Source: Nitrospiraceae bacterium
GTDB lineage: Bacteria > Nitrospirota > Nitrospiria > Nitrospirales > Nitrospiraceae
DNA: 64,000 bases
Assembly: GCA_050246315.1 (NCBI GenBank)
Contig: JBFWWG010000002.1
Location: forward strand, 204,711 to 268,710
Reading direction: 5' to 3'
The position numbers and the translations under genes are program-made. Positions 29,768 to 37,693 of this stretch are shown here, piece by piece. The notes beneath the pieces are model-generated. The model worked only from the letters and a program-made list of their open reading frames with translations, was not told the origin of the DNA and did not search any database. The first letter of the stretch is position 1. Every line of letters begins with the position of its first letter.

Positions 29768-30649
29768 CTATCCCTCCTCCGATCGAGCAGGCGAGATCAC
29801 TTCGTACAGTGCGGAATAGTCCGCATCGCCCCATCCTTGACCGACGGCCTCAGATATGAGTGATCGCACTCCGTCCAACCCGCCGGTCTGTAGATTCAGA
29901 CTCTCCGCCGCTTCTCGGCAGAGATCGATGTCCTTCAACAGATGCCGAGCGGAGAAATTCGGATTGTCGTACTGCCGGTTGAGGAGCCGCGGTAATTTCT
30001 TCTCGAACATGGGTGCGAACAACGCACTGTCGCGCAACAGCGTCATGAACGATTCCACCGGAACACCGGACCGTTGAATCATCGCCAAACTAAGTGACAG
30101 GGCCGCGATATGCGAGGCGATCAATTGATTGAGCGCCAGCTTCACCAGAGCCGCCCGTCCGACCGGTCCGATCCAGCGAGGGTGAGGGCCGAAGCAGCCT
30201 AACAACCCCTGCCATGCGGCAAACTGTTCGGGGCTCGCTCCGACCATCACGAGCAGCCGACCTTCCTTCGCCTCGGCAAGGCTCCCAAGAACCGGAGCCT
30301 CCAGGTAGTCGCCACCGAGCGCGGCGATTTTCCGCCCGCAGGTACGGCTTTCGTCGGGACCGATCGTTCCCATCTGGATCACGGTCTTTTCGTTCAAGAC
30401 CGACGGTCCATCCAACAGATCCAACACGGCATGGATCGCCTGCGCATCCGCCAGCATCAGGATGATCACCCGTGCCTCCTGGATCGCCTGGATGGGATGT
30501 CCGGCCACCGGTATCCCTTGTCGCCGCAGGTCCTCAACCTTCCGACTCGTTCGATTGTAGAGACGCACGTCGTAGCCGCAGGCCTTGAGACGCAGCGCCA
30601 ACGGCCTCCCCATCAATCCTCCGCCCAGCACAGCAACCGTTACTGACAC
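29768..30649 (-). CDS. NAD(P)-dependent oxidoreductase (beta-hydroxyacid dehydrogenase family)
   Basis: GGGLMG, YNRT, EAPVLGS, KLALN, LLKD. Confidence 0.85.
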   Translation of the reverse strand: MSVTVAVLGGGLMGRPLALRLKACGYDVRLYNRTSRKVEDLRRQGIPVAGHPIQAIQEARVIILMLADAQAIHAVLDLLDGPSVLNEKTVIQMGTIGPDESRTCGRKIAALGGDYLEAPVLGSLAEAKEGRLLVMVGASPEQFAAWQGLLGCFGPHPRWIGPVGRAALVKLALNQLIASHIAALSLSLAMIQRSGVPVESFMTLLRDSALFAPMFEKKLPRLLNRQYDNPNFSARHLLKDIDLCREAAESLNLQTGGLDGVRSLISEAVGQGWGDADYSALYEVISPARSEEG

Positions 30650-30661
30650 GGCACCCTCCGA

Positions 30662-31456
30662 TTACTTTGGCAGCAACGCAATGACCCGCACCGGTCCTCC
30701 GCTCCCGCCTTTGATCTTCATCGGTAACAGGATCAGCGTGGCGCCCTTCGGGGGAAGCCTTTCCAGATTGGCGAGGTTCTCCAAGCCATAGAGGTTTGCT
30801 CCGTTGACAACCTGGTGAACAATAAAATCTCCCGACGGCCCATGGTCTATGCTGGCCGTGTCGATGCCGATTCCGTCGATCCGACGCTCCGTCGTCAGAT
30901 AGGCCGCTGCCTCCTTGGAAAACCCTGGAAAGTGCAGAGTGGCGGCGTCGTCGGGCGTCATGCTGCCCAGGTAGGCCGATCGGTCCGGCCAGAAGCGCCC
31001 CCAGCCGGTTCTCATCAAGACAATCGCTCCATCGGGAATCCTGCCATGAGCCTGCTCCCAAGTTCGGATGTCGTCGATCGTCATGCGATAGTCCCGATCC
31101 TGCCTCGCCGCCTCCGACACATCGATCACGACCGCGGGACCGATCAGATTCTGAAGCGGGATGGCGTCCAACGTCATCCCTTCCTTGGCAAAGTGAATCG
31201 GAGCGTCGAGATGCGTTCCTCCATGCTCCGCAGTACAGAATTGCGCCGAGGCGTACCAGTATCCCCCCGGGGAGGAACCCCACGAAGTCTGTTCCCAAGC
31301 GAAGGGCTTGTTGTGGGGCCAGTAGATCGTCTGTTCATCGAAGGGATAGGTGAGGTCAATGAGAGTCCGCTCATCAAGCTCGGCCAAAGCCGAGGACGCG
31401 AGCACGACCATCAAGGCCAGACTCATGAGAACGGACCGATCAATCGTTCGTGCCAT
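30662..31456 (-). CDS. Exported cyclase-family (kynurenine formamidase-like) hydrolase
   Basis: EHGGTHLDAPIHF, GIDTASID, LENL, GGSGGPVR; signal peptide. Confidence 0.85.
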   Translation of the reverse strand: MARTIDRSVLMSLALMVVLASSALAELDERTLIDLTYPFDEQTIYWPHNKPFAWEQTSWGSSPGGYWYASAQFCTAEHGGTHLDAPIHFAKEGMTLDAIPLQNLIGPAVVIDVSEAARQDRDYRMTIDDIRTWEQAHGRIPDGAIVLMRTGWGRFWPDRSAYLGSMTPDDAATLHFPGFSKEAAAYLTTERRIDGIGIDTASIDHGPSGDFIVHQVVNGANLYGLENLANLERLPPKGATLILLPMKIKGGSGGPVRVIALLPK

Positions 31457-31546
31457 GGTGGCTCCTTTGCACCTGTTCTCAACGTCCCGCTCACCACAGA
31501 CCGACGGGGCTGGCAGCAGCGTGATCGCCTATGCTACTTCTCTTCC

Positions 31547-32731
31547 ATGGTGGATGTCTCGCCCTCCGCTTCTCTTTCCGACTCTCTCTCTGGCGCCAGA
31601 GTGCCTGTCACCTATCAAATTAGAGGAGACGAGTCTCACGCGCGACGGCAGGCCGATCTCATCTGCATCGACCAAACGGTGGAAGCAGCCGAGGAGGTCA
31701 TCCCAGCCGGACCGATACGGGATCAATTACTCGGCCGCATCGAATCGTTCGACAGAGTTGGAGAGGACCGGTGGAGCGCCACGATCAGTTTCCCGATCGA
31801 GCTGGCAAAGGCTGACGCCGTGGACCTGCTTCATCTGCTGTACGGCACGACCAGCCTCAAGAGCGGCATTCGTGTCACAAGCCTCGACCTGCCGGAACAG
31901 GGGCTCGACGGCTGGACCGGCCCGCGCTTCGGACAGGCCGGCCTCAGAACGCTCCTGGGAATCCAGCACCGCCCCCTGGTCTGTGCTGTTCTCAAGCCAC
32001 TGGGCCTGTCGACACGAGACCTCGCAGTGCTGGCCTATCAATTTGCCCTCGCAGGAATCGATCTGGTCAAGGACGATCAAGGGCTCAACGACCAGCCCTT
32101 CTGCCGTTTTGAAGATCGAGTGCAGGCTTGCGCGGAAGCAGTAACCCGTGCCAATCGTGAAACCGGACAGCACTGCCTCTACGCTCCGCACATCGGCGCG
32201 GCCCTCCCGGTAGCCAGGGATCGCGCCCTCTTTGCGAAAGCCAGCGGAGCCGGCGCCCTGCTCATCTGTCCGGGACTTACAGGGTACGAGACCTTGCGCC
32301 TGCTGGCCGCCGATCCGGAGATCACGCTGCCCCTTCTGAGTCACCCAGCTCTCCTGGGCACCTATGCCATCAACTCCGATACCGGTTTGGCCCCTGCACT
32401 CCTCTATGGCCAACTCCCACGCTTGATGGGAGCAGACATCAGCCTTTATCCGACCTACGGTGGCGACTTTGCCATGACCAGCGCGGATTGTCGGGCCATC
32501 GCGCGCGCAGCCTCGACCCCGTTCGGTGGGACCAGATCGATGTTTCCCAGTGCCGCCGGCCGGATGGGCTTCGGACAGATTCCGGAGATCGCGACATTGT
32601 ATGGACCGGACGTGGTGTACATTCTCGGAAGCCGCATTCAGAAACATCCGGACGGCCTTGTGAACGGCTGCCGTCAGTTCATTCAGGCGATCAGCCGACC
32701 CTCGTCCTCAGACCGACCGTCCTGGTCATGA
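31547..32731 (+). CDS. RuBisCO-like protein (form IV)
   Basis: GPRFG, LKPLGLS, DLVKDDQGL, ANRETG, HPAL, MGAD, PTYGG; lacks the KDDE signature of true RuBisCO. Confidence 0.85.
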   Translation: MVDVSPSASLSDSLSGARVPVTYQIRGDESHARRQADLICIDQTVEAAEEVIPAGPIRDQLLGRIESFDRVGEDRWSATISFPIELAKADAVDLLHLLYGTTSLKSGIRVTSLDLPEQGLDGWTGPRFGQAGLRTLLGIQHRPLVCAVLKPLGLSTRDLAVLAYQFALAGIDLVKDDQGLNDQPFCRFEDRVQACAEAVTRANRETGQHCLYAPHIGAALPVARDRALFAKASGAGALLICPGLTGYETLRLLAADPEITLPLLSHPALLGTYAINSDTGLAPALLYGQLPRLMGADISLYPTYGGDFAMTSADCRAIARAASTPFGGTRSMFPSAAGRMGFGQIPEIATLYGPDVVYILGSRIQKHPDGLVNGCRQFIQAISRPSSSDRPSWS

Positions 32732-34992
32732 CTCTCATGGCACCTTCCGCCATCACGCCCGAGTGCCGCCGCACTGTTCCGGCCCAGCGGGCAGGACGGC
32801 CGCGAGTCCTGCTGATTATTCCTCCTCTGACCCAGCTCAATACGCCATATCCCTCCACTGCGTATCTGACAGGATTCCTGCGGTCACGCGGCTATGAGGC
32901 GTTTCAAGCCGACCTTGGTATCGAGATGGTTCTCTCCCTGTTTTCAAGGAAGGGACTGCAGGAGGTCTTCGAGACCATCAGGCGGCAGTCGAGTGACCTC
33001 CCGGGCGAGGCCAGACAAATGCTGGCGCTCGAACAGGCCTACGTCAACTCGATCGATGAAGTCGTCGCCTTTCTCCAGGGTAAGGACCCCTCTCTTGCCA
33101 CGCGCATTAGTCAGGGCCGATTTCTCCCGCAGGGACCCAGGTTCGCTCGGCTTGCGGATTCGGACGAACAATCAGCCGCACTGTCAACCCTGGATCGAGC
33201 CAAATATTTGGCGACTCTCTACCTCGAGGATCTTGCCGACCTGATTCATGAAACCGTCGCCACGCAGTTTGCACTGAGCCGATACGCCGAGCATGTCGGA
33301 ACCTCGGCTTCATCCTTCGATCAAGTTTTCCAGTCCCTCTCCGCCGCTCCATCCTTGACCGATCGCCTGATGCTTCAGGCCCTGGCTCAACATATGACAT
33401 CAGTTCGTCCCACGCTGGTCGGATTGACGGTACCTTTTCCGGGCAACCTCTACGGGGCCTTTCGCATCGCCCAATGGCTCAAATCCAACCATCCGACCAT
33501 CACCGTTGCGCTGGGCGGCGGCTATGCCAACACGGAACTCCGCCGTCTTCAAGACCCGAGGGTCTTCGACTATGTGGACTTTGTGACGCTGGACGATGGA
33601 GAAAAGCCGCTGTTGTATCTCCTGGAACACCTATGCGACCGGCGGGCGGTATCGTCGCTCTGCCGAACCTATTATCGGACGCAGAGCCACGTGGTGTTTG
33701 CGTTCAACCATTCTGAGCCGGATTTGTCCATCCAGGAGGTCGGCCCGCCAACCTACGACGGACTTCCGCTCGATCGCTACTTGTCGATCCTCGACACGAC
33801 AAACCCTATGCATCGCCTCTGGTCCGATGGTCATTGGAACAAGTTGACCGTCGCCCACGGGTGCTACTGGAAGCGTTGTACGTTCTGCGATGTCGGGTTG
33901 GATTACATCGGCCGTTATGAAGCGACGGCCACCGATGTCTTGCTCGGACGCATCGAGCGGTTGATCCAGGAAACGGGCCGCCGCGGATTCCATTTTGTGG
34001 ACGAAGCCGCGCCACCAGTCTCGCTCAAGTCGCTTGCGCTCAGATTGCTCGAGAAAGGCCTGACCATCTCATGGTGGGGGAACATCCGATTTGAGGAAGC
34101 CTTCACGCCGGACCTCTGCCGGTTGCTGGCGGCTTCGGGCTGCATCGCCGTCAGCGCCGGTCTTGAGGTGGCCTCCGATCGCCTGCTGGCGAAAATGGAC
34201 AAGGGCATTACCGTGGATCAAACGGTTCGGGTGGCAGCGGCCTTTCGGCAGGCCGGCGTCCTCATCCATGCGTATCTCATGTATGGATTCCCAAGCGAGA
34301 CGATCCAGGAAACGATCGACAGCCTGGAACGGGTCCGACAACTCTTCGCCGCAGATCTGATTCAATCCGCGTTCTGGCACAGATTCGTCGCCACCGCTCA
34401 CAGCCCGATCGGCCTCGATCCGGCAAGCCATGGCATCACGATTCTCGGACCGTTACATAAAGGGTTTGCGGAGAACGATCTGGTCTATGAAGATCGCTCG
34501 ACCTTGGTACCCGATTGGCTCGGGCTCGGCCTTCGCACCGCACTCTCCGCTTACATGGAACGGCAAGGATTAGCAAGACCGGTGCATCGCTGGTTCACCC
34601 ACCGCGCACCTGCGACGACCGTCTCAGGCGATTGGATCGCCTGCGCGTTGCGCGCGTCTTCGAAAACCGGCCGTTCCCTCGCCAATCGCAACCGTCGCCT
34701 GATCTGGATCGGTGGACAGCCGGTCATCGAGCGGAGCGACACACAGACTTGCATCGTCATCCTTCCGAACGTCACAGAGGATCGTCGCCTCCGTCTGAAC
34801 AGACCTCAGACGGATTGGCTGCGGGACTTGCTCGGAAGTGCGACTCCCCGGAGCCAGCAACCATCGGCGGCATACCGGAAACTGGCGGAGGTGCGAGAGA
34901 CCTATCCGTTCGGTGGCCCCGCGGCGTTCGACTCCTGGTCACGGAAACGCGCCTGGCAAACGATCAGACAGGCTGGCTTGCTGTTGATCTGA
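32728..34992 (+). CDS. B12-binding domain radical SAM protein
   Basis: PPLTQLNTPYPSTAYL, LGGGYAN, GCYWKRCTFC, FVDEAAPP; ATGA overlap with the RLP gene. Confidence 0.85.
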   Translation: MTLMAPSAITPECRRTVPAQRAGRPRVLLIIPPLTQLNTPYPSTAYLTGFLRSRGYEAFQADLGIEMVLSLFSRKGLQEVFETIRRQSSDLPGEARQMLALEQAYVNSIDEVVAFLQGKDPSLATRISQGRFLPQGPRFARLADSDEQSAALSTLDRAKYLATLYLEDLADLIHETVATQFALSRYAEHVGTSASSFDQVFQSLSAAPSLTDRLMLQALAQHMTSVRPTLVGLTVPFPGNLYGAFRIAQWLKSNHPTITVALGGGYANTELRRLQDPRVFDYVDFVTLDDGEKPLLYLLEHLCDRRAVSSLCRTYYRTQSHVVFAFNHSEPDLSIQEVGPPTYDGLPLDRYLSILDTTNPMHRLWSDGHWNKLTVAHGCYWKRCTFCDVGLDYIGRYEATATDVLLGRIERLIQETGRRGFHFVDEAAPPVSLKSLALRLLEKGLTISWWGNIRFEEAFTPDLCRLLAASGCIAVSAGLEVASDRLLAKMDKGITVDQTVRVAAAFRQAGVLIHAYLMYGFPSETIQETIDSLERVRQLFAADLIQSAFWHRFVATAHSPIGLDPASHGITILGPLHKGFAENDLVYEDRSTLVPDWLGLGLRTALSAYMERQGLARPVHRWFTHRAPATTVSGDWIACALRASSKTGRSLANRNRRLIWIGGQPVIERSDTQTCIVILPNVTEDRRLRLNRPQTDWLRDLLGSATPRSQQPSAAYRKLAEVRETYPFGGPAAFDSWSRKRAWQTIRQAGLLLI

Positions 34993-35084
34993 TCCGGTCG
35001 AACCGAGCGCATCCACACAATCGGAAAGGCGATGGACGCCCCGAATCAAGTGGTCGGACTTTTCCCCATTCCTGCCGGAAAAGC

Positions 35085-35110
35085 GAAGAGCCGCCCTGAG
35101 GCGGCTCTTC
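35085..35110. terminator. Hairpin terminator
   Basis: GAAGAGCCGCC-ctga-GGCGGCTCTTC between convergent genes. Confidence 0.7.
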
Positions 35111-35135
35111 TGCATTCCGACAGGCTATCCGGCCC

Positions 35136-35771
35136 CTACTTGTTGGGCTGTGGCGTGTACCGGAGATAGGGCTTGACGGCCTTAAACCCTTTGGGGAAGA
35201 GCTGCTTGGCTTCCTCGTCGTTGACCGCCGGCGTGATGATGCAGTCCTGCCCTTCCCTCCAGTTCACCGGCGTAGCCACCTTGAAGTTTGAGGTCAATTG
35301 CAGCGAATCGATCACCCGCAACAGCTCGTCGAAGTTTCTCCCGCAGGAGGCTGGGTAGGTCAGGGTGAGCTTGATCTTCTTATCCGGTCCGATCACAAAC
35401 ACAGACCGGACGGTCATGTTGTCGAGCGCGTTGGGATGAATCATGTCATAGAGCGTCGCAACCTTCTTCTCCGGGTCCGCGATCAGAGGATAGTTCACGG
35501 TGCAGTTTTGCGTTTCATTAATGTCGTTGATCCACCCCTTGTGGGCATCGAGCGGATCGACGCTCACCGCGAGCACCTTGACGTTGCGCTTCTTGAAATC
35601 GTTCGCGATCTTCGCCATGTAGCCCAGCTCCGTGGTGCACACGGGTGTAAAGTCCTTGGGGTGTGAAAAGAGAATGCCCCAACCGTTGCCCAGCCACTCG
35701 TGAAAGTTGATCTTGCCCTCGGTCGTGTCGGCCATAAAATTCGGCGCTTCATCGCCTAGTCGCAATGGCAT
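35136..35771 (-). CDS. 1-Cys peroxiredoxin (Prx6 type)
   Basis: FSHPKDFTPVCTTE, GRNFDELLRVIDSLQL, ATPVNW. Confidence 0.92.
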   Translation of the reverse strand: MPLRLGDEAPNFMADTTEGKINFHEWLGNGWGILFSHPKDFTPVCTTELGYMAKIANDFKKRNVKVLAVSVDPLDAHKGWINDINETQNCTVNYPLIADPEKKVATLYDMIHPNALDNMTVRSVFVIGPDKKIKLTLTYPASCGRNFDELLRVIDSLQLTSNFKVATPVNWREGQDCIITPAVNDEEAKQLFPKGFKAVKPYLRYTPQPNK

Positions 35772-35984
35772 GGGATGCCTCCTTTTTCTAGAAGATTTAT
35801 AAGGACGTAAGGCAGCGGCTCGGAAGGATGCTTGTCCGGCGAACCTTATCGTGTGCCTACGTTACAGCGGCAGCCACGCCATGTTCAAGAGCACCATGGA
35901 AGCCCTTCGACCATACGGAGGATGCGAGCAAGGCCCCGGATTGCTATAATGGGAAACGCGTGATTACCTACCAAGCGAGATACG

Positions 35985-37682
35985 ATGAAACTGCTGTTCA
36001 GATTGTTGATCCTGTGGCTCATGCTGTTCGAGGTGGAACGGTCCGGCCCATTTGCACAAACCGTCATGGACAGCGCCTCGGAGGGTTCCTCACAGACCCC
36101 TTCGACCGATGCCCCCGCTCCTCCTCCCGATGCTCAGGGTGCCGCACCCGAAGGCAGCCACAGTTCCGGCTCAGAGCCTAACCAAACCCCTGATACCAAC
36201 TCTTCCGGCCCTCAGGAGCTTGCGAGCCCCGGCTCCAGAGCGGCAGGCGAGCCGCAACCTCGTCCGGATTTGCCCTCGGAACTGACCTTGCCGACCCCGC
36301 AGGTGCAGGAGAGCCCCCTTCCCTCTCCGCACACCCCGGCTCCCAGCCCCATTGTGCCACATCCGGAAGCGCCTCCGGTTCCGCTGGAAGCGGAACCCAT
36401 GAATGAAAAGCCGCCGGCGCAATCATCTGCGACTCCGTCTCAGGCCGAAGAAGAAGCGGCGCCTCCGGAGTCAATGCAGCCGTCGCCTCTGGTGACGACG
36501 ACGGAGGCCAATCCCCTGGATGAGGCCAGGGTTCTGCTCCTCAAGGGTGAGTACCTGGACGCCGCAACCCGGTTCCGACAAACGGTTCGCGACTACCCTG
36601 ATCTGATCGAGGCGCGGCTCGCACTGGGGGAGGCCCTCGCGGCACTGGGCGACATGGACGGGGCCCTTGAGGAATACCGACGCGTCATTCAGCGCGATCC
36701 ACAGGCCACCGCCGGCCATCTAAAAGTCGCCGGGCTCTTGATGGCCAAACGCCATTGGAAGGAGGCGCAGGCCGCCTTGAATATCGCCGTCGCCCAACAG
36801 CCGACTCACCCTCAGGCTCACTATGCGATGGGTGTGATTCGATACAGCGTCGGCGACACAGGCGGGGCCATTGAAGCCTTTCGCCGTGTTATCGAACTCA
36901 AACCGGATTCTGCTGACGCCCATTATCAGCTCGGATTGTTGCTGAAATTGACCAAGCAGAAAAGAGAGGCCGCCGTCGAATTCGCCACGGCGGCCGCTGC
37001 AGGCCATCCCCGCGCCCAATATTTTATCGGCGCCGCCTATGCTTCCGGCAGCGGCATCGACAAGCAGATGGCCACGGCGGTGCAATGGTGGATGGCGGCG
37101 GAGGATCACGGTGTGCAAGAAGCCCATGATGCGCTGGCGCGCCTACGGCGGGCCGTTTATAAATGGCCGGACACGCCAGAAGGCATCAAGGCTGCCCAGG
37201 CTTTTGCCGCCTACCGCGACGCGCTCTGGAAAGAGTTCCCCTCGATTACCCGCAGCGACAGGGAAGACAGTCTCGGCGGACATCTGTTGGCGCTCAATCA
37301 CATCGGCGAAGCGATCCCGGTGCTGATTCGGGAAGCGAGCGCCATGGATACTTTGGCCGGATCGCAATTAGCCCTCATCTACGAACGAGGTGCGGACCCG
37401 ATTGTCGCTCCCTTTGACACCCGCATCTTGCGCTACTTCCAATCTGCCGCTTCCGAAGGCGTACCTCAGGCGAAGTTGACGCTGGCGCGTATCCGCGCCC
37501 TCGGCCTCGGCGTTCCCGCCGACAAGCAGAGCGCTCTGAACCTGCTCAAGGGCCTTCACGGAATTAAGGCGGAGCAGCTCCTGGCCGATTGGGCCGCTGC
37601 CGCAAACGGTGCGATACCTCCGCCGACCGGACAGGCACAACAGTCCGGCACGGCACCAGGTTCCAACAACAATACCAACTGA
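35985..37682 (+). CDS. Exported TPR/SEL1-repeat protein with Pro/Ser/Glu-rich linker
   Basis: Signal peptide, long low-complexity region, TPRs (AHYAMG, AHYQLG), SEL1-like AQYFIGAAYASGSG; extended -10 TGCTATAAT at 35942-35950. Confidence 0.8.
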   Translation: MKLLFRLLILWLMLFEVERSGPFAQTVMDSASEGSSQTPSTDAPAPPPDAQGAAPEGSHSSGSEPNQTPDTNSSGPQELASPGSRAAGEPQPRPDLPSELTLPTPQVQESPLPSPHTPAPSPIVPHPEAPPVPLEAEPMNEKPPAQSSATPSQAEEEAAPPESMQPSPLVTTTEANPLDEARVLLLKGEYLDAATRFRQTVRDYPDLIEARLALGEALAALGDMDGALEEYRRVIQRDPQATAGHLKVAGLLMAKRHWKEAQAALNIAVAQQPTHPQAHYAMGVIRYSVGDTGGAIEAFRRVIELKPDSADAHYQLGLLLKLTKQKREAAVEFATAAAAGHPRAQYFIGAAYASGSGIDKQMATAVQWWMAAEDHGVQEAHDALARLRRAVYKWPDTPEGIKAAQAFAAYRDALWKEFPSITRSDREDSLGGHLLALNHIGEAIPVLIREASAMDTLAGSQLALIYERGADPIVAPFDTRILRYFQSAASEGVPQAKLTLARIRALGLGVPADKQSALNLLKGLHGIKAEQLLADWAAAANGAIPPPTGQAQQSGTAPGSNNNTN

Positions 37683-37693
37683 GTTCATCATCG

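Noticed and set aside
30815..31546. Apparent 244-aa N-terminal extension of the RuBisCO-like ORF
   Set aside because: Antisense to the cyclase gene; RLP-like sequence starts near ATG 31547
31547..32731. Possible CO2-fixing RuBisCO
   Set aside because: KDDQ instead of KDDE, no small subunit or cbb genes; form IV
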